IMG/VR virus record: IMGVR_UViG_3300032289_001838
Location: 17,590-81,589 of that record
Source: a virus
Direction: 5' to 3' (one strand)
Length of the DNA stretch: 64,000 bases
A model generated the notes under the pieces. That model had not been told where the DNA came from and did no database searches. It worked only from the letters and a program-made list of their open reading frames with translations. Of this stretch, positions 52,098 to 60,384 are shown piece by piece. The position numbers and the translations under genes were made by a program. Numbering within the stretch: the stretch's first letter is position 1; each line of letters opens with the position of its first letter.

Positions 52098-52811
52098 TTA
52101 CAGAGTTTTTAGTTTTTTTAATATAAATTTAACTAATCCACTTCTCACAATATCTTCTTCGTCAAATCTAAACACATATACGCCATTATTTCTACTTTCT
52201 TCGTCATCAAATATATTCATCATTGGTACAAATCCACTTTTACCATTAATATCACTTTGATCTGGATCACCACAAATGAACAATTTACTAAATTCACCTA
52301 CACGTGTAATTAACGTAGTAAGTTCTTTCTTAGTCATGTTTTGTGCTTCGTCAGCCACAATACACTTAGCGTTCCAACTCAACCCACGTAAAAAGTTTAT
52401 TGGGAATCCATGAATACGTTCTTCTTTTTTTAATTTATCAATATCGTGTTTTGGTACCAATTCTTCCAACTTATCAATAAGTGGTTGAATATATGGACTC
52501 ATTTTTTCATCCATTTCACCAGGCAAAAATCCCAATTTGCTATCGCTACTTTCAACGATACTTCTAACATATACTATTTCACTCACTCTTTTTTGATTCA
52601 ATAAATTCAGACCGGCTAAAACAGATGTATAAGTTTTTGATGTACCGGCTGGACCAGCAATAAAGACACACTTTGTATTCTTATTTTGTAATAATTCTAA
52701 TAATTCTTTTTGTTTTGATGTTAATTCGCGTTTATCGATCTTGATATCATCTCTGATCTTTGCGTTTTGATGAACTTTTGGGCTTGTGTCTTTTTTGTTG
52801 TTTTTGCTCAT
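52098..52811 (-). CDS. phoH: PhoH family ATPase
   Basis: GPAGTSKT, LGFLPG, FLRGLSW, DEAQN, GDPDQSD, DIVRS. Confidence 0.93.
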   Translation of the reverse strand: MSKNNKKDTSPKVHQNAKIRDDIKIDKRELTSKQKELLELLQNKNTKCVFIAGPAGTSKTYTSVLAGLNLLNQKRVSEIVYVRSIVESSDSKLGFLPGEMDEKMSPYIQPLIDKLEELVPKHDIDKLKKEERIHGFPINFLRGLSWNAKCIVADEAQNMTKKELTTLITRVGEFSKLFICGDPDQSDINGKSGFVPMMNIFDDEESRNNGVYVFRFDEEDIVRSGLVKFILKKLKTL

Positions 52812-53106
52812 GTTGTTCTATTTGTTTTTTTAATTTGACTAAACGGTCACAAAATTCATATTGTTCCGTATTCACATAATATTCAAAGACATTATCAATA
52901 TTATCTTTGAATTCCGATTGATTTAATATAACAATAAAATCTGAATTTTTAAAAGAAAATACCTCGACAGTAGGATAATCATTGTCCAACGCATATTGTA
53001 CCGATAATACAATTTGTTCCATTAACTTATTTTTATACGTTTGAATAAATGCTTCCATTTCATCATACTCAAACGGTAAAGACATTACACTAAATGATTT
53101 ATCCAT
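52747..53106 (-). CDS. hypothetical protein with UVR-like C-terminal motif
   Basis: EQYEFCDRLVKL. Confidence 0.65.
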   Translation of the reverse strand: MDKSFSVMSLPFEYDEMEAFIQTYKNKLMEQIVLSVQYALDNDYPTVEVFSFKNSDFIVILNQSEFKDNIDNVFEYYVNTEQYEFCDRLVKLKKQIEQHEQKQQKRHKPKSSSKRKDQR

Positions 53107-53136
53107 TCATTCAATAAATAGAAAAATAAAAACAAA

Positions 53137-53164
53137 AAAGGCGTTACCATTACGTAACGCCTTT
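53137..53164 (-). terminator. intrinsic terminator
   Basis: AAAGGCGTTAC/GTAACGCCTTT hairpin with U tract. Confidence 0.8.
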
Positions 53165-53186
53165 ATTTCGAGTGATTTATTTATGA

Positions 53187-53414
53187 TTAACCAACTTTAT
53201 CTTTTTTCTTTTTCTGAGTCTTTTTTGTAACAATTTCTTTCTCAGTTGTCTGAACAACATCGTTACTATTTAACGTGTTTAATCTAACTCTAGCCGTTGA
53301 TTTCCAAGAGTGTTTTGTGTGTTCGCTAGCAAATTCATATGAATTTCCTTTTGTTAACAAAGAAGAAATTTCTGATTCGGAACTTGCATTTTTAATTTGT
53401 TCTCTTAAACCCAT
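53187..53414 (-). CDS. hypothetical protein
   Basis: 75-aa ORF with AAAGGTAGG upstream. Confidence 0.65.
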   Translation of the reverse strand: MGLREQIKNASSESEISSLLTKGNSYEFASEHTKHSWKSTARVRLNTLNSNDVVQTTEKEIVTKKTQKKKKDKVG

Positions 53415-53416
53415 AA

Positions 53417-53611
53417 TTACCTACCTTTCGTTTCAAGAATTTCTAGTTTACTTCCATCCGGCCAACGTGCAATGATATTCTTCCAATGATCATATTCCAC
53501 TTTAGCTTCTTCTTTATTTGAATATTCTAAATCGGAGACTCTTAGACCATTACGAATAACAACGTATTTATTCTGCCGTTCCATTGATATGTTATTTTTA
53601 ACTACTGACAT
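53417..53611 (-). CDS. hypothetical protein
   Basis: 64-aa ORF downstream of a sigma70-like promoter. Confidence 0.6.
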   Translation of the reverse strand: MSVVKNNISMERQNKYVVIRNGLRVSDLEYSNKEEAKVEYDHWKNIIARWPDGSKLEILETKGR

Positions 53612-53689
53612 ACTATATTATTACTTTTTAAGTGTTTAACTGTTGGTATATAATTAGAAATACAAGATTACCAGTCTCATATTCACTCA

Positions 53690-53718
53690 AGTATATATAC
53701 AGAATACAGATATGTCAA
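53690..53718 (-). promoter_or_regulatory. sigma70-like promoter
   Basis: TTGACA-17 nt-TATACT. Confidence 0.75.
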
Positions 53719-53777
53719 TATTATTTTAATCGATTATAAAAACTTAAAAAATAACGTCGATTATATGTATAAATACT

Positions 53778-54059
53778 ATGAGTGACGTTATTAAGTTTAC
53801 AGAACAAGAAATGCAATCGATAGCTAAATTGCAAAACGATTATCAACAACACATCTTTACTTTGGGTCAAGTTGATTTGGAGAAAACCGATTTGGAACAA
53901 CAAATTAAAGAATTGACACTTCGTAGAACCGAAGTATTTGAAAATTGGAAGAAAACTCAACAAGAAGAAGATAATTTACTAAACTCGTTGAGTCAAAAAT
54001 ATGGAGATGGAAGTCTGAATTTAAAAGACGGTACGTTTAAACCAGTACCTAAACAATAA
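53778..54059 (+). CDS. hypothetical coiled-coil protein
   Basis: 93 aa ending KYGDGSLNLKDGTF; followed by terminator. Confidence 0.75.
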   Translation: MSDVIKFTEQEMQSIAKLQNDYQQHIFTLGQVDLEKTDLEQQIKELTLRRTEVFENWKKTQQEEDNLLNSLSQKYGDGSLNLKDGTFKPVPKQ

Positions 54060-54063
54060 ATAA

Positions 54064-54089
54064 AAAACCCGGTCGAAAGACCGGGTTTT
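54064..54089. terminator. bidirectional intrinsic terminator
   Basis: AAAACCCGGTC-GAAA-GACCGGGTTTT between convergent genes. Confidence 0.9.
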
Positions 54090-54092
54090 GTT

Positions 54093-54278
54093 TTACTTAG
54101 TTGGATCTCCAATTGAAGCTTCTTCTACAATCGCTTTAATTTCAGATTCAATTTCTTTCATACGTTCTTTATAGCCAGCGGCTACATCCTTGAAATCTTT
54201 CTTAACGTGTAAGAGATCTTCGGTTAGTTGATATACCTTCTTTTCAGCTTCAGCCTTTGTTAGTTTAATATTACTCAT
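54093..54278 (-). CDS. small coiled-coil hypothetical protein
   Basis: 61-aa ORF, ATGA overlap with upstream gene. Confidence 0.65.
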   Translation of the reverse strand: MSNIKLTKAEAEKKVYQLTEDLLHVKKDFKDVAAGYKERMKEIESEIKAIVEEASIGDPTK

Positions 54279-54685
54279 AACTGTTTTAAGTCTATAATTT
54301 TGGTTACTGCTTCTATCGGTATATAACTAGTAACATAATTGCCTGGATCTACATTTTTTAAATCGGGTAACTTACTTTTATCCACTACTACTATAATACC
54401 CTCTCCTTTGTCTCTGTAATTGACCAACGCAAACCTAGCTGCCAATTTAAAATCACTTGCTAGATAACTACCTGATATGTTTCGGGTATTCCCTCTACCT
54501 TTTGAAGTAACTTTACCATTAGTCTTTAAAATATTATACTCTTTCTCAGACATCCCTCTGTAAAGTTTAGTACTATCTGTAGGAATTTTATCCAACTCAT
54601 CAGCAATGTATTGCAATTTTCCAGTTGGTTCCCATACTAAATAATCATATATGCTAGATTCGTATAATAAACTGTATCTTTTCAT
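54275..54685 (-). CDS. hypothetical protein, possible ADP-ribosyltransferase-like fold
   Basis: KLYRGMSEKE, SYLASDFKLAARFA, YIP; start moved to MKRYSLLYE. Confidence 0.55.
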   Translation of the reverse strand: MKRYSLLYESSIYDYLVWEPTGKLQYIADELDKIPTDSTKLYRGMSEKEYNILKTNGKVTSKGRGNTRNISGSYLASDFKLAARFALVNYRDKGEGIIVVVDKSKLPDLKNVDPGNYVTSYIPIEAVTKIIDLKQL

Positions 54686-54710
54686 TATGCTATAAATATA
54701 CTTATTTATA

Positions 54711-54926
54711 ATGGAAGACATTAATTTTCACCAAGTTAGTATAAACAATCACGATATAACTGTTTGGGCAAATAGATTTGTGGTACTAAGACATCCAGAA
54801 AAATGTGATCTATATGAGGATGATTGTTGTAGAGAACGAATCACAAAGTACTTGATTGAAGAAGGTTATATCAATGATAGTGGAGTGTTGATTATTGATA
54901 GCTATATTGATTTTGAACCAGAATAA
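54711..54926 (+). CDS. hypothetical protein
   Basis: 71 aa with YLIEEGYI motif; TATTTATA immediately upstream. Confidence 0.65.
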   Translation: MEDINFHQVSINNHDITVWANRFVVLRHPEKCDLYEDDCCRERITKYLIEEGYINDSGVLIIDSYIDFEPE

Positions 54927-54928
54927 AA

Positions 54929-55315
54929 TGGTGGAGATGGCGGGGAGTCGCACCCCGCGTCCATAAAAAATTATTACTGCCAGACTACACGCTTATATAT
55001 TTTAAATTGTTAGAGAATAATAATGAAAAATATCTAAAAATATTACCCTTAAGATTTACTAATATCTCGACCATTTACGCAAATCAAATATTTGGTCCAG
55101 TCCAATAATTTACACCCAACACGAATATCAGACTTCATCGTATTGAATGTGCAACAACTTAGGCTGCAAGGGCTACAACGTCATCGTAAGAGAAGTCATA
55201 GCTAACTACGTTATCTTCAGCAGTTAATGTTTTGATAGGTGTATTAAAGAGGCCAACTATCATCCTCTACGTGCCTAACAATAGATATTTATCTATGTCG
55301 AAACTACGCATCCCC
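54929..55315 (-). ncRNA. ssrA: tmRNA
   Basis: 5' GGGGATG...TTCGAC; 3' T-arm and CATCTCC-ACCA with G3:U; tag ORF 55221..55159 AEDNVVSYDFSYDDVVALAA*. Confidence 0.95.
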
Positions 55316-55335
55316 ATAAAATTTTAAAGAACTAA

Positions 55336-56655
55336 TTATAAGTAGTTAACTTTTCTGTATATATTCGGATCAAAATAATGTTCATACCATGAACTAACAT
55401 TTTCACCATAATAATTTATCCATCTGTGTACAGATTTTCCTATCCAAAGTTCCATCTCAACCTTATTATTAAGATAATACAATTTAGATTGTGTCAAATT
55501 AGGTAATGTATTTATATAGCTAGCACTACCCCACCAAAAGTTTCCAGAATAATAATTTTTATACTCAAAATTTAAAAATTTAAACCATGTCAAATATAAA
55601 GATCCACATAAATCAGATTTATCTTCTATTAAATTCAACAAAGAAGTTTTCCATTTTTCAATAACAAAATATTCTAAACAATGCCTCCAAGAGGTCACAT
55701 TTTTATATACAAAATCAGACTGATGTCTTGATGATCCCTTTGTATGGTAGTATAAAATATAACTACTTGGATTTAGTCTACAATAGTTTTGTAAATTGCA
55801 TAATGTATTATATTCTAGATTATTATCTATATATCTTACAATTTCTATTTTAACATCTGAATCTATATTGTCTATTTGTTTTTTAAATTTATAATAGTCA
55901 TCGTGCGATTTTGAATATACGCCAAAATATATTTTGTCAGCCCGCGTATATAATCCTGAATTTTTTAATTTTAAAAGTTGTTCATTAACGATGGTATCCC
56001 AATCATTGTCCAAATAATTGTGTACAAATACAGCAACATTAGTGTTTTCTAATATTCCAATTCCCCCCCATGAACTGTAACTAATATCTTTTACTATATC
56101 GTGGAACAAGTTATCCGTTCTGTATAAATTAGTCTTTTGTTCATGAAAATATTCATACGTTTTTTTATAAAATTTCTTAATATCATTCCATAAAATATCC
56201 ACGTTAATATTATTTTTTTTATTTTGATCACTATTAATGATATCATGAAATCCAATATGACCATCTGGTGCTAAAAATTGTTTATATTTTTCATAGTCAC
56301 TTTTAACCCCGTCGTAACTATGATCGCCATCAATAAAAATGAAATCAAATTTAATCCCCAAAGACTTTATAAAATTGACTGTATCGTTCGATTTAGAATC
56401 GGAAATCAAATAATTATAATTTGGAAATTTTTGTTTAAGTTTATCAAAATTTTCGTTATGTTTTATATCAATTGTAATTACATTTTCAAATATATTACAA
56501 AATCCAACAGTTGTTCCGCCATAGTTAGAACCTATTTCTAACGCGTATTTTTTATTTGCTTTGGAGCTCAATAATTCTATTAATTGTTTATATTCTTCTG
56601 GTTTTTGTTCAATGTTAAACTCTATACATTGATCCCATAATTCTTCGAATTTCAT
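55336..56655 (-). CDS. class I SAM methyltransferase fused to glycosyltransferase-like domain
   Basis: LEIGSNYGGT, FIFIDGDHSYDGV, FHDI; C-half YILYYHTKG, YSGNFWW. Confidence 0.8.
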   Translation of the reverse strand: MKFEELWDQCIEFNIEQKPEEYKQLIELLSSKANKKYALEIGSNYGGTTVGFCNIFENVITIDIKHNENFDKLKQKFPNYNYLISDSKSNDTVNFIKSLGIKFDFIFIDGDHSYDGVKSDYEKYKQFLAPDGHIGFHDIINSDQNKKNNINVDILWNDIKKFYKKTYEYFHEQKTNLYRTDNLFHDIVKDISYSSWGGIGILENTNVAVFVHNYLDNDWDTIVNEQLLKLKNSGLYTRADKIYFGVYSKSHDDYYKFKKQIDNIDSDVKIEIVRYIDNNLEYNTLCNLQNYCRLNPSSYILYYHTKGSSRHQSDFVYKNVTSWRHCLEYFVIEKWKTSLLNLIEDKSDLCGSLYLTWFKFLNFEYKNYYSGNFWWGSASYINTLPNLTQSKLYYLNNKVEMELWIGKSVHRWINYYGENVSSWYEHYFDPNIYRKVNYL

Positions 56656-56658
56656 AAT

Positions 56659-57459
56659 TTATCTAGCTGAATTATTAATTTTATATGCACTTAATTCTGG
56701 GTTTTGACCAGTATGTAATGATGTAAATGCTTTTGACATCATACTCTTATATCCTTTATCTTTCCAACGAATTGAAAACTCCAATTCAACGCTTGTTTTT
56801 TCACGGTCATATGTTGTTGAAAACTCACCCACAGACAATAATTTTTTAACATCATGTACTCCTGGTCTTAGAGAAAAATATGGCCAGTTAATATAATACA
56901 TCCACCAATCAAGACCAGTATGCATAGCCATTACATCATCTAAAAATAAAAGATCATTAATTGGCCTATTCTCAAAATAAACAGTCTCCCAAAACTTTCC
57001 TATTATTTTTTTCGGATGCATGTCAGCTGGAAAATTTTTCCAACTCTGGAAGTATCCAATATACCCATATTCTTTATGTTCTTCCATAATATCAATAGGT
57101 TCTCCTATTGTAAACATATTATAAAACTGATGGTCATCTTCCAAATGAAAGACATAATCAGCTTTAGAATCTATTAATCCCTGTCTCCAATGATTTAATA
57201 TCCTAGCGTGTCTATAATTGTCAGGAAAAGATTCCTTCTCAAAAAAACGAAAACTAATTAATTTATCTGGTATATATTTTTTGTAATATTCCATTGCAGT
57301 ATTACGTTCTTCCGATGTTGAAGAATCATCATAATAATGAATTTCATCTATTACATGCTTGTCTGTACAAAAAATGCCAAAACTTTTAATTGCAGCTTTT
57401 AATAAATTAATTCTTTTACAAGCAGTTGTAGTCAATATAACTTTTTTGCCTTTATACAT
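56659..57459 (-). CDS. GT-A fold glycosyltransferase-like protein
   Basis: TTTACKR, YDDSS, VFHLEDD, FSLRP, HTG. Confidence 0.7.
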   Translation of the reverse strand: MYKGKKVILTTTACKRINLLKAAIKSFGIFCTDKHVIDEIHYYDDSSTSEERNTAMEYYKKYIPDKLISFRFFEKESFPDNYRHARILNHWRQGLIDSKADYVFHLEDDHQFYNMFTIGEPIDIMEEHKEYGYIGYFQSWKNFPADMHPKKIIGKFWETVYFENRPINDLLFLDDVMAMHTGLDWWMYYINWPYFSLRPGVHDVKKLLSVGEFSTTYDREKTSVELEFSIRWKDKGYKSMMSKAFTSLHTGQNPELSAYKINNSAR

Positions 57460-57474
57460 AACACATTATAAAAT

Positions 57475-57511
57475 TGGAGCGGGTAGCCGGAATCGAACCG
57501 GCACATCACTT
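57475..57511 (-). pseudogene. orphan 3' half of a tRNA-Gly-like gene
   Basis: AAGTGAT-GT-GCCGG-TTCGATT-CCGGC-TACCCGC-T-CCA; no matching 5' half adjacent. Confidence 0.8.
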
Positions 57512-58363
57512 CACATATAAGTATGTAAAATTTTTCCCATATTTATCTTTTACATACTTTAAAATTTCTTTTAATTCCAATTTGTGAAAAACTTTTAATT
57601 TGTGTGGAAATTGTAATTGTTTTGCGTCAAATTGTTTTGAATGATATCCTTTTATTTCAATATAAACGTCGTCTATTTTAAAATCCGGATAATATTTTTT
57701 TATTGTTCCGTTATACGTATATTCAAAACTATCTGTATTTCGTTTAAATTGTACACCGTGTTCTAAATTATATATTACCCACGCCAATTCCCAACTACTA
57801 CCGCAAAAATATCCTTTATACCAACCTCTTTTACTAGTCCCACTATTTATACGATATCCACCAAATCCTTTATTTTTAAGATAATCTGTTTTTTTAATCC
57901 ACTCATTTTTACATTGTCGAGAACAACAATTTCTATTCTTTAAAGATGGTATCACTTCAAATTCTATTTTACAAGTCTCACATTCTTTTTTAATTTTTTC
58001 TTTTCTATTCCAACCACAAAATTTAGAATTGTTCTTTGCCAACTTAGCTAATCTTTTTTTATCATCGTCAGACCATTTACAATGGCCTCCATTTTTTTGA
58101 GTATAAATCGCAGTACATTTTACAGAACAATATTTATTTTTATTTTTATTTTCAAAATCAATTATATTCTCACAATTTATACATTTTTTTGGACTGCTAT
58201 AATAATCTGTTTTTCTTTTTTCTAAATATATTTTTTTTAATTGTGTATTAAAAAATATTGAACATTTATTAGAACAAAAATGATTGTTAGTTCTTTTTAT
58301 TTCACTTTCGTATTTGACAAACTCAACATTACAGATTTTACAATTTACTAGTATCTTACTCAT
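57506..58363 (-). CDS. homing endonuclease-like protein (Zn-finger repeats plus PD-(D/E)xK domain), copy 1
   Basis: Repeated CxxC...(F/Y)CSxxC; SSWE, YYPDF, YIEIKGY; start taken at MSKILVNC. Confidence 0.8.
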   Translation of the reverse strand: MSKILVNCKICNVEFVKYESEIKRTNNHFCSNKCSIFFNTQLKKIYLEKRKTDYYSSPKKCINCENIIDFENKNKNKYCSVKCTAIYTQKNGGHCKWSDDDKKRLAKLAKNNSKFCGWNRKEKIKKECETCKIEFEVIPSLKNRNCCSRQCKNEWIKKTDYLKNKGFGGYRINSGTSKRGWYKGYFCGSSWELAWVIYNLEHGVQFKRNTDSFEYTYNGTIKKYYPDFKIDDVYIEIKGYHSKQFDAKQLQFPHKLKVFHKLELKEILKYVKDKYGKNFTYLYVK

Positions 58364-58420
58364 ACTAATAAATAGTAACATTCGGAGCAAAAAGTGATCT
58401 TTGATTACGCAAAATTAAGA

Positions 58421-58496
58421 TGGAGCACTAGGTCGGGTACGATCCGACAACCTTATCGTTGGCAACGATACGCTCTACCAATTGAGCTACTAGTGC
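58421..58496 (-). tRNA. tRNA-Gly(GCC)
   Basis: Cloverleaf, anticodon loop TTGCCAA, U73, CCA; atypical T-loop ATCGTAC. Confidence 0.9.
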
Positions 58497-58604
58497 GTTA
58501 AAATTAATCAACATAGAACCTACATTTTATATCACTTTTTGCATGAAATTATAAAATTTCATCCCATTGACAACCATCGTGGAGGTTGTGATATTTCTGT
58601 CAAC

Positions 58605-58677
58605 TGGAGCAGATGGGAGTTGAACCCACAATCTTCACTTTGCAAAAGTGGTGCATTGCCAATTATGCTACTGCCCC
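58605..58677 (-). tRNA. tRNA-Ala(TGC)
   Basis: GGGGCAG/CTGCTCC with G3:U70, loop TTTGCAA; CCA not encoded. Confidence 0.88.
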
Positions 58678-58685
58678 ATTTAAAA

Positions 58686-58714
58686 ATCTTACACCAATAT
58701 ATAATATAAGTCAA
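58686..58714 (-). promoter_or_regulatory. sigma70-like promoter inside tRNA array
   Basis: TTGACT-17 nt-TAAGAT. Confidence 0.55.
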
Positions 58715-58731
58715 ATCAAAAAATAAAAAAT

Positions 58732-58908
58732 TGGATGACCGTGACTTGCGAATATACGAGGATTTCACTAAGCGTTCCATATTTCAATCAAGTCCAACGG
58801 CACTGTGCGCACAGAAACCATAAACTTAAATCGAATGTCTATCTCGTCAACTTCAGTCTCATCTACCTCCTAATGGCAGAGTGCTATAATTCTATACACC
58901 AACGATCA
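58732..58908 (-). ncRNA. tRNA-like RNA with T-arm replaced by a long hairpin (unknown class)
   Basis: Acceptor TGATCGT/ACGGTCA-T-CCA, D stem GTGT/GCAC, anticodon arm CTGCC-ATTAGGA-GGTAG, then about 120-nt irregular hairpin. Confidence 0.7.
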
Positions 58909-58923
58909 AATCTAAAACTTATC

Positions 58924-59035
58924 CCAGACACCTTGGCGGTTTTATGGGCATATTTAACCCACAGATTATTAGCCGAACACAGCCGTTGGTTATTGTTTCG
59001 GACCTAGCCAAGTTCAAACCTCTACCAATGTCTGA
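58924..59035 (-). ncRNA. candidate structured ncRNA
   Basis: Nested stems TCAGACAT/GTGTCTGG, CTTGGC/GCCAAG, CCGAA/TTCGG, GTGGGT/GCCCAT. Confidence 0.5.
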
Positions 59036-59044
59036 TATATAAAA

Positions 59045-59120
59045 TGGTCGGAATGACAGGACTCGCACCTGCAACCTCCTAGCTCCAAACCAGGCCGTCT
59101 ACTATTGACATTACATTCCG
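59045..59120 (-). tRNA. tRNA-Pro(TGG)
   Basis: CGGAATG/CATTCCG-A-CCA, loop TTTGGAG; T-loop TGCGAGT. Confidence 0.88.
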
Positions 59121-59126
59121 AATAAA

Positions 59127-59230
59127 TTGTTGTCGGTGTTTGATGAATGGATCTTTCGATCACTAGTTCTTACTCTTGTAACTGATGATCACTCATTACA
59201 ATTTCTCTAAAATTACACCCTTAACCGACA
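59127..59230 (-). ncRNA. candidate structured ncRNA
   Basis: Closing 7-bp stem TGTCGGT/ACCGACA plus ACAA; inner stems ATGAGTG/CATTCAT and GATC-GAAA-GATC. Confidence 0.45.
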
Positions 59231-59239
59231 TATATAAAA

Positions 59240-59313
59240 TGGTTGGGGATGATGGAATCGAACCACCACAAGCAGATTCAAAGTCTGCCGCACTACCATT
59301 ATGCAAATCCCCA
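59240..59313 (-). tRNA. tRNA-Gln(TTG)
   Basis: TGGGGAT/ATCCCCA, loop CTTTGAA, TTCGATT, CCA. Confidence 0.92.
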
Positions 59314-59319
59314 GTTAAA

Positions 59320-60162
59320 TTACTTTTCATAAAGATTGATAAAATCTTTTCCGTATTTTGATGTCACATAATCAATGTACATCTTAATTTTGTGTTTGTC
59401 AATCACATTTAATTTAAATGGAAAAGAATTTATTTTTGCTTTATTTTTATTATCTAAATAACCTTTTATTTCAAAATATTCATTTGTTGATTCAAGAATA
59501 AAGTCTGGATAAAAATTATAGCTCTTGTTGTTATAAACATATGGAAATCCAGCAGTATTTCTTTTAAATTTAATATTATGTTCTAAATTGAATATAACCC
59601 AAGCTAATTCCCAACTACTATTACAATAGTATCCTTTATACCATCCTTGTTTACCTCTTCCACCTTTTTCACGATAACCTCCTCTTTTACCTTTCAAAAG
59701 TCCGTTTACTTTTACATATTCATTTCTACAATTCTGAGAGCAATATATCTGTTTTGATTTTTCTGTTTTTAAAAAATTATTATTACAATACGGACATAAT
59801 ATAGATTTACGTGTTTTTACTCTAATCTGTTTTTTTGCTAATTCAGATAATCTTTTTTTACCTTCTATATCCCATTTTTTGTGACCCCCAAACTTTTGGT
59901 TTTCAATAGCTGCACATTTTGTAGAACAAAATTTATTATTTCTTCTAAAATATTCTAAATTAGTATTACAATATCCACACTTATTTGGATTTAGATTATA
60001 TTTTTCTACTCTATATAGTTTTAATTGTGGTGAAATTGTTTTTCCATTAAACTCTACAGAACATTTATTAGAACAAAAATGATTGTTAGTTCTTTTTATT
60101 TCACTTTTATATTTTAAAAACTTAATATTACATTTTTTACAATTTACTAGTATTTTACTCAT
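59320..60162 (-). CDS. homing endonuclease-like protein (Zn-finger repeats plus PD-(D/E)xK domain), copy 2
   Basis: Paralog of 57506..58363; SSWELAWVI, FYPDF, YFEIKGY; start taken at MSKILVNC. Confidence 0.8.
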   Translation of the reverse strand: MSKILVNCKKCNIKFLKYKSEIKRTNNHFCSNKCSVEFNGKTISPQLKLYRVEKYNLNPNKCGYCNTNLEYFRRNNKFCSTKCAAIENQKFGGHKKWDIEGKKRLSELAKKQIRVKTRKSILCPYCNNNFLKTEKSKQIYCSQNCRNEYVKVNGLLKGKRGGYREKGGRGKQGWYKGYYCNSSWELAWVIFNLEHNIKFKRNTAGFPYVYNNKSYNFYPDFILESTNEYFEIKGYLDNKNKAKINSFPFKLNVIDKHKIKMYIDYVTSKYGKDFINLYEK

Positions 60163-60224
60163 ACTAATAAATAGTAATTTTGGAGCGTAAAGTAACTTTT
60201 GAATCAAAATATTTTGTTTGATTC

Positions 60225-60299
60225 TGGTGCAGTAGGAGAGAATTGAACTCTCATTTCAAGTTTGGAAGACTCACGTAATAGCCATTATACCACTACTGC
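60225..60299 (-). tRNA. tRNA-Gly(TCC)
   Basis: GCAGTAG/CTACTGC, loop CTTCCAA; discriminator A rather than U. Confidence 0.85.
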
Positions 60300-60384
60300 A
60301 TTTTAATAAATTATTAGATGTTCAGTCATCAAATATTTGATGTGTACTATGAACCACGGACAGGTAATCTAATTTCTCATAGCG

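Noticed and set aside
59178-59200. CTGATGA hammerhead-like core on the plus strand
   Set aside because: No stem II followed by GAAA in the required order, and it is antisense to the array
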